From: Candidatus Aenigmatarchaeota archaeon
GTDB taxonomy: Archaea; Aenigmatarchaeota; Aenigmatarchaeia; CG10238-14; SpSt-28
Direction of reading: 5' to 3'
Assembly: GCA_039000725.1 (NCBI GenBank)
Contig: JAWBNO010000001.1
Span: forward strand, 397,152-461,151
DNA: 64,000 nt
The notes beneath the pieces are model-generated. The model was not told the DNA's origin. It was given only the letters and a program-made list of their open reading frames with translations, and ran no database searches. Position 1 is the first letter of the stretch; each line of letters opens with the position of its first letter. The position numbers and the translations under genes are program-made. Below are positions 25,601 to 34,050 of the stretch, in pieces.

Positions 25601-27072
25601 TAGAAAGACAAGCGATTGTTCTTTATAACAACGGATTTACACTATCTCAAATTAATGAAGTTCTAGTGAATGAATTTGTAAATGAGAGATTTATAGAAAG
25701 ATCTGTATATGAGGGAAGAAAAACAAAACCAAGAATATCTTTCAACTTTCCACGATTTGAAGAATTTGTTGAAAAAATAACTAAGGGTTTAGGGAATAGT
25801 GGAATGGTTTGGGATATAGTATTGAGTAAAGAAGAAATAGATTTTGATGATTTTGTTTACGATTTTACAGTTGCTCATAATGATCACAATTTTATTGCAA
25901 ATAACTTTGTAGTATCAAATTGCGGTGTAAGACTTTTAAGAACAAATTTAACTTTAGATGACATAAAACCAAAACTAAAAGATTTGCTAGAAGAAATATT
26001 TAGAAATGTTCCATCTGGAGTTGGGGAAGAAGGTAAAATTAAATTATCTATTTCTCAATTGGATGAAGTTTTGAGAAATGGAGCAAAATGGGCAGTTGAA
26101 AATGGCTATGGTTTTGAGAAAGATTTGGAATATTTAGAAGAAAATGGATGTATGAAAACTGCAAATCCAGAAAAAGTTTCAATCGAAGCTAAAAAAAGAG
26201 GCGCTCCACAATTAGGCACTTTAGGTGCAGGTAATCACTTTTTGGAAATTCAAGCCGTTAATAGAATATTTTTACCAGAAATAGCTAAGATTTTTGGAAT
26301 TGAAAAAGAGAATCAAATTTGTGTTATGATACATACAGGATCTAGAGGATTAGGACATCAAGTTTGCACAGATTATTTAAGAATTATTGAACACAAATTT
26401 AGAGATGAAATAAGAAAGTTGCCGGATAGAGAATTAGCTTATACTCCAGCAGGAACTAAAGAGCAAGAAGATTATTTTGCTGCTATGTCTTCAGCAGCTA
26501 ATTATGCTTGGGCCAATAGACAAATGATAACACATTGGGTAAGAGAAAGTTTTGTTAAAGTTATGAAAATGAAGTTAGAAGAAATAGGATTGGAAATAAT
26601 CTATGATGTAGCTCATAATATTTGTAAAATAGAAGAGCATGAAATAGATGGAGTTAAGAAAAAAGTTTTTGTTCATAGAAAAGGGGCAACAAGATGTTTT
26701 CCTAAGGGAAGAATGGAATTACCAGCAAAATATAGAAATATAGGTCAGCCCGTTTTAGTTGCTGCTTCAATGGCCACTCCAAGCTATGTCCTTATTGGTA
26801 CAGAAAAAGCAGCTGAAACATTTTATTCTACTGCCCATGGATCTGGTAGGGTAGAGTCTAGAGCAAAGGCTTTAAGGGAAGTTAGAGGAGAGGAAGTTTT
26901 GAGAGAATTATCTCAAAAAGGAATTTTGGCTAAAGCAGCAAGTATGAAAGTTTTATCTGAAGAAAGACCTCAAGCATATAAACTCTCAACTGAAGTAGTA
27001 GATGTTTTAGAAAAATCTGGAATAAGCAAGAAAGTTGTTGAATTAAGACCCATCGCTGTAATGAAAGGTTAG
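22675..27072 (+). CDS. rtcB: tRNA-splicing/RNA repair ligase RtcB with two inteins
   Basis: MPDMHFGYGF, GGVGYDIN|CGVRL, LGTLGAGNHFLE, HTGSRG, VHRKGAT, STAHGSGR and AYK motifs; GGTGA SD 5 nt before ATG 22675. Confidence 0.96.
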   Translation: MGIKERIVKINDFVWEIPKIKPCMKVPGRVYLSEKLLKEVEEGALEQVSNVACLPGIQKYSLAMPDMHFGYGFCLPGNSRVYLNFGTYLNINEIKENQKVIVFNPKERILEESKVVKFYCLEPYTKLIKIKTKFGFELKATSDHPILTINGFLPSEKIEVGEKIFVSPFEGVKYEEPSDEIILSEEDLVKKMKKLGFSEERVKINLKKLKSRDLIPLRYSSSKLPYLLKLIGFLLGDGFMNFIGKRKDGIIDFASSKKENLELIRNDIIALGYTPSKIYEFKREKYTYYVVYVNASSLLCLLYALGIPIGKKVEQKFDVPKWIFNCKLWQIRLFLAAFFGAELRIPYKRKDRNLFLPLTLQQNKKELKNGIKFLSSISKLLSLFDVKSVIRVRKKRRKNYEIELRINSQIDNLIRFFKHINYEYNLKRRLMANISLLYLIYYKKLLEEKLKKVEMIKNLSHLKSSEIAEILGMDLRYIQFVRTKIRRGEELIVKLQKDEVISFENFIQSLKVVSPDIFLDEVVEVEGCESLEKVYDITVESEFHNFIANGIIVSNCIGGVAALDYYEGGISPGGVGYDINCLSKDAKILSKYGYYKEIHEFENEIEEERIKCMNFEEKREEDTGIIRFIKIKPKNKVFKLRTFGGYEIIATEDHPFYTPYGMVPLKYIKEGNIVAMYTFKGVKYEEPTDEIIIDEEKIKSLDIPCDKEKVIFELKKRNLLPLRMNSKKLPILIKVLAYNVGDGTLFFTKNSNKGYAWFYGKKEDLELIRKDILELGFKPSKVYSRKRKHRIRNKHSFVNFETVEYGFKVSSNSFVTLLYALGAPLGEKTTKEFSVPDWLLKSPLWYKRLFLACFFDAEMSKPKVMKNHNYTFYMPYVSINKSTKLIENGRKFITQIAFLLREFGIRCKIREAEEYNNKKSGKTKSIKLLIYSDTENLLRLYELIGFEYSLEKKRLAAAAILYLRLKNIIVNLRANVERQAIVLYNNGFTLSQINEVLVNEFVNERFIERSVYEGRKTKPRISFNFPRFEEFVEKITKGLGNSGMVWDIVLSKEEIDFDDFVYDFTVAHNDHNFIANNFVVSNCGVRLLRTNLTLDDIKPKLKDLLEEIFRNVPSGVGEEGKIKLSISQLDEVLRNGAKWAVENGYGFEKDLEYLEENGCMKTANPEKVSIEAKKRGAPQLGTLGAGNHFLEIQAVNRIFLPEIAKIFGIEKENQICVMIHTGSRGLGHQVCTDYLRIIEHKFRDEIRKLPDRELAYTPAGTKEQEDYFAAMSSAANYAWANRQMITHWVRESFVKVMKMKLEEIGLEIIYDVAHNICKIEEHEIDGVKKKVFVHRKGATRCFPKGRMELPAKYRNIGQPVLVAASMATPSYVLIGTEKAAETFYSTAHGSGRVESRAKALREVRGEEVLRELSQKGILAKAASMKVLSEERPQAYKLSTEVVDVLEKSGISKKVVELRPIAVMKG
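22894..24339 (+). mobile_element. Intein 1 in RtcB (482 aa) with LAGLIDADG homing endonuclease
   Basis: GYGF|CLPGNS...ATSDHPI...LIGFLLGDG...FLAAFFGAE...VYDITV...IVSN|CIGGV. Confidence 0.93.
24415..25920 (+). mobile_element. Intein 2 in RtcB (502 aa) with LAGLIDADG homing endonuclease
   Basis: YDIN|CLSKDA...ATEDHPF...LAYNVGDG...FLACFFDAE...VYDFTV...VVSN|CGVR. Confidence 0.95.
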
Positions 27073-27249
27073 TTTAGTTTCTCTATAAAAATTGAAAAAG
27101 ATGAAAAAATAATAGAGTTAATTTTTAAATTATTGCAAAAATAATAGAGATCAGGTAAATATTCTGTAAAATAAAGCCGGAATATAGAATAATTGGGTTT
27201 TCGGAAATAAGAGAAATAATTGGAATAATAAGACCAAATAGATAAGAAA

Positions 27250-27387
27250 TTACCTAAAAGTACCTTTTTTCCTATTTCTTAAATTTTTAGTATGATATTC
27301 ACACTCATGACAAACCCACTCTCCTAAAATAAATTCTAAAGCAAAGTTTCCACAATTAGGACATTTTTTATGAGCTTTAGACTTCAT
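27250..27387 (-). CDS. Small CPxCG zinc-ribbon protein, 45 aa (not in ORF track)
   Basis: MKSKAHKKCPNCGNFALEFILGEWVCHECEYHTKNLRNRKKGTFR; starts 5 nt after the ogg stop. Confidence 0.7.
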   Translation of the reverse strand: MKSKAHKKCPNCGNFALEFILGEWVCHECEYHTKNLRNRKKGTFR

Positions 27388-27392
27388 ATTTT

Positions 27393-28010
27393 TTATTTTT
27401 CTGGAAAATTTTTAGTTTCATGAAAAAAGATACAAAAATCTAGCTCAACTAATGATATATTAATCTTAATTGCCATGTTTTCCAATAAATCTTCTATTTC
27501 CAAATATTTTTTTCTAGTTAAATTTTTTGGAATTTCTTTAATTAAATTGAATTTTTTCAAAAAATTTAAAACATGTCTATCTATTATGGCTAGATTTTTG
27601 CATCCAATATTTCTTAAAAAATGTGAAGCTTCTTTATAACCAATTCCATAGAAGTTTTTAACCAATATTTCTCTAAATTGTTTAGAACATTCTATTTTTT
27701 CTAATATGTCCATTTTTTCTCTGTTTTTAATTATAAAGGAAGCTCTTAAATTGTAAAATCTATATCCAAGTTTTTTTAATTTTTCTTTCAATTCTCTTTC
27801 ATTCAAAAAAAGAAAATCTTTTCCAATATTTTTCCAAATAAAAAGAGTTTTTTGTAAAGAATTGCCTGCAACTAAAATACAAAAGCAAAGTTCTATAAAT
27901 TTTTCTTCCTTAGAAAGTTTGGAATAGGATTCAAAAATTCTAATTCTTCTTTTTATTTCATCTTCATGTTTTTCATATATTCTTTTTATTACTTTTTCCC
28001 AATTCTCCAT
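27393..28010 (-). CDS. ogg: 8-oxoguanine DNA glycosylase/AP lyase (archaeal Ogg)
   Basis: ELCFCIL, GYRFYNLRA, HhH motif GIGYKEASHFLRNIG, AIIDRHV. Confidence 0.92.
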   Translation of the reverse strand: MENWEKVIKRIYEKHEDEIKRRIRIFESYSKLSKEEKFIELCFCILVAGNSLQKTLFIWKNIGKDFLFLNERELKEKLKKLGYRFYNLRASFIIKNREKMDILEKIECSKQFREILVKNFYGIGYKEASHFLRNIGCKNLAIIDRHVLNFLKKFNLIKEIPKNLTRKKYLEIEDLLENMAIKINISLVELDFCIFFHETKNFPEK

Positions 28011-28035
28011 AAATTAACTTTATTAAATTATAATT

Positions 28036-28899
28036 ATGAGAGCTATTTCTTTGTTCGATCCATGGAAAAATAGTTTATGTACTTGCCCTAAGAAGTATAG
28101 TTTTTCTCCTTATGTTGGTTGTATTCACTCTTGTTTATACTGTTATGCTTCTAGTTATATAAGACATTTTAATTTTCCAAGAATTAAAGAAAAAATAATT
28201 TTGAGAGTAAATAAAGATTTAAGAGAAATTGATAAAAGTCTTTATATTTCAGCATCTAATAGTTCAGATCCATATCAAAAATTGGAGGAAAAATTGAAAA
28301 TATTTAGGGAGTGTTTGAAAATATTTAAGAATAATGGTTTGAAAGTTCTAATATTAACCAAATCAAATTTGGTTTTAAGAGATATAGATATTTTGAAAAG
28401 AATGAATGTTATTGTTAGTATTACTATAACAACTTTGGATGAAAAAATTTCTTGTAAGATAGAACCTAATGCACCATCCCCTTTTAAAAGATTAGAAGCT
28501 TTAGAGAAACTATCAAAAGAAAACATACCCACAGTTTTAAGAATAGATCCTATAATTCTAGGTTTGAATGATAACATTGAAGATTTGATATTAAAAGCAA
28601 AAGAAATTGGGGTAAGACATATTGTTTCCAGTACTTATAAAGCGAGATTAGATAATTGGAAGAGAATGTTTAAAAAATTTCCAAAAGAAATGAAAAGATT
28701 GAAAAAATTTTATTTTGTTTTAGGAGAAAAAATTTCAGGAAGTTACTATTTGCCTAAGGTTATTAGAGAAAAAGTTATGAAAAAAGTTAAGAATTTAGTT
28801 GAAAAAAATGGTTTGACTTTTGGTTGTTGTAGAGAAGGTTTTGCATATTTGAATTCAAAATCGTGTGACGGTTCACATCTATTTTATGCTTCATCCTGA
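28036..28899 (+). CDS. Radical SAM protein (SplB-like family)
   Basis: PYVGCIHSCLYCYA, SSDPY, LTKS and IEPNAPSP motifs. Confidence 0.85.
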   Translation: MRAISLFDPWKNSLCTCPKKYSFSPYVGCIHSCLYCYASSYIRHFNFPRIKEKIILRVNKDLREIDKSLYISASNSSDPYQKLEEKLKIFRECLKIFKNNGLKVLILTKSNLVLRDIDILKRMNVIVSITITTLDEKISCKIEPNAPSPFKRLEALEKLSKENIPTVLRIDPIILGLNDNIEDLILKAKEIGVRHIVSSTYKARLDNWKRMFKKFPKEMKRLKKFYFVLGEKISGSYYLPKVIREKVMKKVKNLVEKNGLTFGCCREGFAYLNSKSCDGSHLFYASS

Positions 28900-30293
28900 A
28901 TATATTCTTTTCCTTCTTTTAGCTTGTTAAACGCATTTCTTAGTTCTTTTCCTAGATATAAAGCATGGTCAAAAGTCGAAAAGAAAGTACCACCTTTTAA
29001 TGCTTGATAAATATCCCGAAAGTTTTCACTTTCTAATTTTAAAGTTATGGTAGAATTGTCAGGAGTTCTATGCTCTAACTTAATTTTTTTGCCATCTTTA
29101 GAAATTAAAAAATTACCTTTTGGATCTTGAACAAAAAACTTTAGTTTTTCCCTATTTTCATTTATAACTCTTTTAGCATTATTCCAATCATGCTCATAAA
29201 TATGGGCACTAAAACTAATACTTGTAATACTACCAATTGAAAAATTTGCATTAGTTCTTTTATTGATTTCGTTAACTATTTTCTTTGCTAATTCTATTTG
29301 GGCAATAAAGTTTACTGGCCAAGCAGCATACATATCATTACTTCTTAAAAATACTGTATGTGAATAATAATTTTCAGTTATAGTTCCTTGTATAGCTATT
29401 ATGCAAGGTGGATTTTTACTTTTTTGATCTATTTCATGGTCCCAACTTACAACTAATGCTCTTCTAGAATATGGAGATTTGGAAAGTTTTTCAATTAAAT
29501 ATTCTAATTGATTTTTTCCAAATCTATGTTTAAAAATTCTTTCTCCATAAGTATATTCTACTGTTTCAGGCTTTTCCGGATTCAATACTTGATTTATATG
29601 ATTTTCAAAATCTTTTTTTGGAATATATTTAAAAAATTCTTCTTCTATTTTGTAGTCATTGCCATATAAGCCTAAAGTAACCATTACATTTAAATATTCT
29701 TTTTGCGGTTCTTCATGTTCACTAAATTTGATTGAGCCAAATCTCATTATTAAATCCAAAATTTTAATCCATGCTCTAAAAACACTGGTTTCATATATGT
29801 AATGACCGCTTAATGGAAATAACCAAGAATTTAGTTCACTTTCTTCTTCTAAGTTAATTTCAATTAATTCTCTTACATTTTCACAGTTTTCATTATAATT
29901 TTCTTCTATTGTTTTTTCTAAAATGTTAAAATTTTTGTTAACAAACTCTTTTCTTAAATCTATTAACTTAACAGTTTTTACAATTTTTTCTATTTTTTCT
30001 AAAGGAAAAAGAATTTTTATACTATTTAAATCTTTTTTTTCAAAAACTTTTACTAGATTTTCACCACTTGAGCTTAGATCAGCTCCAAATAATATTAATG
30101 TATCAACTTTTGGATTTTTTGCAAGTGTTTCTAAAATCAAATTTATTCCATATGAAGTATAAGTAGTGCCAATAATTCCAATTTTTTGTCTAACATTTTC
30201 ATTCAAATTTTTAATTATATCTTCTTTTTTTGACCATAGTGTTGAAATTGCAATATTGCTATCTTTATTTATTTGAATAATATCCTTTTTCAT
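28884..30293 (-). CDS. thyA: Thymidylate synthase (ThyA fold) fused to N-terminal MtrA-like and C-terminal DUF4346-like domains
   Basis: Core YTYGER, SRRA, PPC, LRSNDM, SAHIYE; N-terminal STLWS...GINLIL...NPKV..LILFG; C-terminal DPKGNF...HALYLGKEL...YIQD. Confidence 0.82.
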   Translation of the reverse strand: MKKDIIQINKDSNIAISTLWSKKEDIIKNLNENVRQKIGIIGTTYTSYGINLILETLAKNPKVDTLILFGADLSSSGENLVKVFEKKDLNSIKILFPLEKIEKIVKTVKLIDLRKEFVNKNFNILEKTIEENYNENCENVRELIEINLEEESELNSWLFPLSGHYIYETSVFRAWIKILDLIMRFGSIKFSEHEEPQKEYLNVMVTLGLYGNDYKIEEEFFKYIPKKDFENHINQVLNPEKPETVEYTYGERIFKHRFGKNQLEYLIEKLSKSPYSRRALVVSWDHEIDQKSKNPPCIIAIQGTITENYYSHTVFLRSNDMYAAWPVNFIAQIELAKKIVNEINKRTNANFSIGSITSISFSAHIYEHDWNNAKRVINENREKLKFFVQDPKGNFLISKDGKKIKLEHRTPDNSTITLKLESENFRDIYQALKGGTFFSTFDHALYLGKELRNAFNKLKEGKEYIQDEA

Positions 30294-30314
30294 AAATTAA
30301 TTTCTTTTTAAAGA

Positions 30315-30983
30315 TTATAACAAATTTAATCTAATTTTAAGAACTTCTAAAAACATTTTAAATGGAGTTAAAAAATTAATTTTACTTTTTCCAGTTTTTC
30401 TTTCAGAATAAATTATGGGAATATCTATAAATTTAAAACCTAATTTTTTAGCTTTGTATAAAAATTCTACATCCCAAGCCCAAGAATTTGCTTCAAAGTT
30501 AACATATTCCTTAACTTTTTTTCTAAATCCTCTCATTGTGGATTGTGTCTCTTCTTTAAGACCAAAGAGTAAAAATACAAAGATCTTGAAAATTTTGCCA
30601 AGAATTTTTCTATAAAATGGATCTTTTCTTAACCTTTTAGTGTTTACTATATCATATTTTTTTAGGTTTTCAATAATCTTAGGAATTTTGTTTACAGGAT
30701 ATTGTAAGTCAGAATCTATCAAAATAATATATCTTCCTCTAGCATTTTTCAAGCCATCTCTTATTGCAGATCCTTTACCTTTCTTATTGAATCTTTTTAT
30801 AACGATACCATTAATCTTTAGTTTTTTCATAAATTTTTTAGCTACTTCAGCAGTATTATCTAGAGAGTCATCAACAATTATAACTTCATAATTTTTCAGT
30901 TTCAGCTTTTTTATTTCTTTTAAGAATTCTGGAATAAGCTTTTCTTCATTAAATGTCGGAACTATAATCGAAATATTTTTCAT
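30315..30983 (-). CDS. GT2 glycosyltransferase (polyprenol-phosphate glycosyltransferase-like)
   Basis: SIIVPTFNEE, IIVDD, GKGSA, IDSDLQY and ERKTGKSK motifs. Confidence 0.9.
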   Translation of the reverse strand: MKNISIIVPTFNEEKLIPEFLKEIKKLKLKNYEVIIVDDSLDNTAEVAKKFMKKLKINGIVIKRFNKKGKGSAIRDGLKNARGRYIILIDSDLQYPVNKIPKIIENLKKYDIVNTKRLRKDPFYRKILGKIFKIFVFLLFGLKEETQSTMRGFRKKVKEYVNFEANSWAWDVEFLYKAKKLGFKFIDIPIIYSERKTGKSKINFLTPFKMFLEVLKIRLNLL

Positions 30984-30992
30984 TTTATCACT

Positions 30993-31361
30993 TTATGATT
31001 TTAAAACTAAAAAGACGCCTACAGAAATTAAAACTATCCCAACAAACTTCAATAAAGTCAAGTTTTCATTTAATAAAAATTTACTAAGTAAAGCAATTAT
31101 TACATATCCAATTGCTAGCATAGGATAGGCGGTACTGAGTTCTATTTTAGATAATATTACTAGCCAAATCAAAGTTGCTATTAAATAAAAAACAATTCCA
31201 ATGAAAACAAATTTTTCAAATATAATTGAAAAGAGTTTTCTACTAAATATGTCTTTAATTTCAAGAGGTCCTAAATTGTTCATTCCATGCTTTAAGCTTA
31301 TCTGCCCAAACACACCAAAAAGAATTGACGTCAAAATTAATATTAAGGTTTTTGGCTCCAT
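30993..31361 (-). CDS. SMR/EamA-type 4-TM protein (ArnE/ArnF-like flippase)
   Basis: GQISLKHGM, WLVILSKIELSTAYP, LLNE and GIVLISVGV. Confidence 0.85.
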   Translation of the reverse strand: MEPKTLILILTSILFGVFGQISLKHGMNNLGPLEIKDIFSRKLFSIIFEKFVFIGIVFYLIATLIWLVILSKIELSTAYPMLAIGYVIIALLSKFLLNENLTLLKFVGIVLISVGVFLVLKS

Positions 31362-31369
31362 TTTTATTT

Positions 31370-31978
31370 TTATTTTTTCTTAATAAAGCGCGTTATAATT
31401 TTTCTAAATATTATGTAAGAAATAAATGAAAGAAATACCACTAAAACGATTAATGTAAATAATTTTTGAATAATAGGTATAGATATTTCTCCAAAAATAT
31501 AACCCAAAGATATTAAAAGAGACGACCAAACAAAAGATCCTATAAATGTGTAAAATATATATTCTGCTAAGTTCATTTTTAATAAGCCGGCAGGAATAGA
31601 TATAAGTTCTCTAATACCTGGAATCATTCTTCCAATTAAAACAGCTAATTTACCATACCTTTTGAACCATTTTTCAGCTACTTCAATTTTTTTCTTGTCT
31701 ATTAAAATTTTTTTGCCATACTTTTCTATAAATTTTCTTCCAAAGTATAATGATAAAAGATAGTAGAATATTGCTCCTATAGTTGTTCCAATTGTTGCAA
31801 AAAATATTCCATAAATTAAACCAAAAGTTCCTAGTCGATAAAAAGAGATTAAATATCCACCAATAGGAAGAACCATTTCGCTTGGAATAGGAGGTAAGAT
31901 ATACTCTAGTATAGTTCCTAAAAAAATACCTAAAAAGACTTTTTCTCTCAAAACTTCAATTATGACGTTTTCAAACAT
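31370..31978 (-). CDS. DedA family membrane protein
   Basis: PPIPSEMVLPIGG, WFKRYG and GRMIPGIRELISIPAG; start probably ATG 31978. Confidence 0.92.
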   Translation of the reverse strand: MFENVIIEVLREKVFLGIFLGTILEYILPPIPSEMVLPIGGYLISFYRLGTFGLIYGIFFATIGTTIGAIFYYLLSLYFGRKFIEKYGKKILIDKKKIEVAEKWFKRYGKLAVLIGRMIPGIRELISIPAGLLKMNLAEYIFYTFIGSFVWSSLLISLGYIFGEISIPIIQKLFTLIVLVVFLSFISYIIFRKIITRFIKKK

Positions 31979-32069
31979 TTTTATAATTTTGCTTTCGTTT
32001 ATAAAAAACTGTAAAAAATCAATTACAATTATTTTTTCAAATTTTATATTATAATTCACTAAGTATAAT

Positions 32070-33050
32070 ATGATAAAAAAGATAATACTAGTTATACTGT
32101 TTTTATTTTGCTTGATTTTTAATACTACTAAAGCTCAAATAACTTTAATACCAGAAACTACATCTTTTATTTTAGTTTCAATTAGATTAAACTTGATAGA
32201 TTCAGATAAAGACTATACTCAAAGTAAACAATACATAGGAATTTTGGGTGATAAAAAGAGAATTGATATATTTTGGGATGCAAATTACGAACCGAAGATA
32301 ACAGACCCTTCTCTACTAAACATAAATGTTACTTGTTGGTTAAATTGTGAAGCAAGAAATTCTTCTGAATTATATCTCTGTCAGAATTATCAAAGTTGTA
32401 ATTATGTAGGACCTACAGGATTTGCCTATTGCTCAATACAAAATCCAAATTATAACTATAGTGCTCAAAATAAGATACTATGTAAATTTTCAAATCCAAA
32501 TTATCCAGAATTAGAGTTTGTTTTATCAGATGGTAGTTATCCAAGAAGGGCTTTCTATCCAATTAGATACTCAATTTCTTCTATTGGAGGTGTATATCAA
32601 GTTGGTTCTACTATAAGTTTTCCAATAATTTTTCTATCTTACAGTTTTTTAAAATCAAACTATACAGCATTTATTTACTTAAGGCCAGAGGATATCGGAG
32701 AAATATATGTTGATAATACTTATAATACAACAAAAGTTCTTAAATATGGCGAGATAGATACGGTATACCCTACAATAGTATTTTTAACTAAAAAAGACAA
32801 TATAATTTTTTATATTAATTCTACCTCTAACGAATTACCATCATTTAATTCTATAGATAGTTGTCCAAGCCCCCAAATTATTCTAGGTAAAGATGCACAT
32901 TTAAGCTTAATAGACGGTAAATGCATTTATTCTTTCGAGGTGATCTCAGGTTCAACATACTACAGTATGCCAGAATATGATCAGCTTTTTGCTTTTATAA
33001 TTATTCTGACATCTGTTATGGTTTTTTGTTTAATTTTGAAATTTAGATGA
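32070..33050 (+). CDS. Secreted, C-terminally anchored surface protein with PEF-CTERM-like tail
   Basis: Signal peptide, many N-x-S/T sequons and Cys; ends SMPEY + TM helix + KFR. Confidence 0.7.
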   Translation: MIKKIILVILFLFCLIFNTTKAQITLIPETTSFILVSIRLNLIDSDKDYTQSKQYIGILGDKKRIDIFWDANYEPKITDPSLLNINVTCWLNCEARNSSELYLCQNYQSCNYVGPTGFAYCSIQNPNYNYSAQNKILCKFSNPNYPELEFVLSDGSYPRRAFYPIRYSISSIGGVYQVGSTISFPIIFLSYSFLKSNYTAFIYLRPEDIGEIYVDNTYNTTKVLKYGEIDTVYPTIVFLTKKDNIIFYINSTSNELPSFNSIDSCPSPQIILGKDAHLSLIDGKCIYSFEVISGSTYYSMPEYDQLFAFIIILTSVMVFCLILKFR

Positions 33051-33759
33051 ATTTTTGTAATCCAGGTTTAATTTTTTCAGTTTCTATTAAAACAAGGTCT
33101 TTATTTAAAGGAAAACAAACATTAAAAACAGGTATACTATCAATCCAGGCAAACTTTGTTCCTTTATGAGAATGACCATGAATAACCAAGTTTGGTTTTG
33201 TTTCTAAAATAATTTTTTCGAGCTCTAAGCTTCCAAGATTTTGATAAAATAGCGGATTTTCTCCAGTAAGAGTTTTATATGTTGAGGAATAGTGAGTAAT
33301 TAGTATTTTAAATCCGTTGTAATTTTTTAGTACACTTCTGATTTTTTCCGCCCTGCTTTTATAAATTTGTTCAATATTTGGTATATTTGCTTTTTGCCAT
33401 TTGGTTGGCTCATCTAAACATCCAGTAGAACCATATATTAGAATATTTTCGTTACCCACCTTTAGTTCTATGAAGCTATCGTCTAAAAATCTAATTTTAT
33501 CAATCTCGCTTTTTAAAACTTCTCTGTATTCTTCAAATTCCGTATTTCCAAATACGGCAATTATAGGAGAAAAAAATTTCCCAAAAAAGGCATTATATAT
33601 TTTTTTGTATTCTTCCACCTGTTTTTCTATTGTGTCTCTTTCTACCATATCACCAGCTAGTACTATTAAATCTACATTTCTTTCTATTTTTTCCAGAGAG
33701 TAAAGAAAATCTTGATAATATATGGGGGAGTGAACATCTGAAGTAGCTAATATTCTCAT
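33043..33759 (-). CDS. Calcineurin-like metallophosphoesterase
   Basis: SDVH, LAGD, GNTE, ITHY and HGHSH motifs; start ATG 33759. Confidence 0.9.
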   Translation of the reverse strand: MRILATSDVHSPIYYQDFLYSLEKIERNVDLIVLAGDMVERDTIEKQVEEYKKIYNAFFGKFFSPIIAVFGNTEFEEYREVLKSEIDKIRFLDDSFIELKVGNENILIYGSTGCLDEPTKWQKANIPNIEQIYKSRAEKIRSVLKNYNGFKILITHYSSTYKTLTGENPLFYQNLGSLELEKIILETKPNLVIHGHSHKGTKFAWIDSIPVFNVCFPLNKDLVLIETEKIKPGLQKFI

Positions 33760-33804
33760 AAAAATGTATTTATATTTAAAGTTATTAATGCTAACAAGAT
33801 AATT

Positions 33805-34023
33805 ATGAAGGAACAAGAAATTAAAGAAGTTAAAGAAGAAATAGAGAAATTAAAAAAGGAGCAAAAAATTTTCGAAAAAAGAATTAAAAAACTTGCTTAT
33901 AATAGAATAGATTACTTAATAAAAAGGGAAATAGCATCTATAGCAGGATGGGCTTCTTTACTAACAAAAAGAGTTATTAAAATTGAAAAAGAACTAAAAA
34001 AGATTAAAAAAAACTTTTATTGA
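33805..34023 (+). CDS. Hypothetical coiled-coil protein
   Basis: 72-aa ORF filling the gap, K/E-rich like other genes in the window. Confidence 0.6.
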   Translation: MKEQEIKEVKEEIEKLKKEQKIFEKRIKKLAYNRIDYLIKREIASIAGWASLLTKRVIKIEKELKKIKKNFY

Positions 34024-34050
34024 AATCTTATTTTTTCTTAATTATTATAT

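Noticed and set aside
27125-27253. Hydrophobic 42-codon open frame on the minus strand (VISYLFGLIIPIISLISENPIILYSGFILQNIYLISIIFAII)
   Set aside because: No start codon and preceded by an in-frame TAG; may be a gene relic, but AT-rich DNA gives such frames by chance
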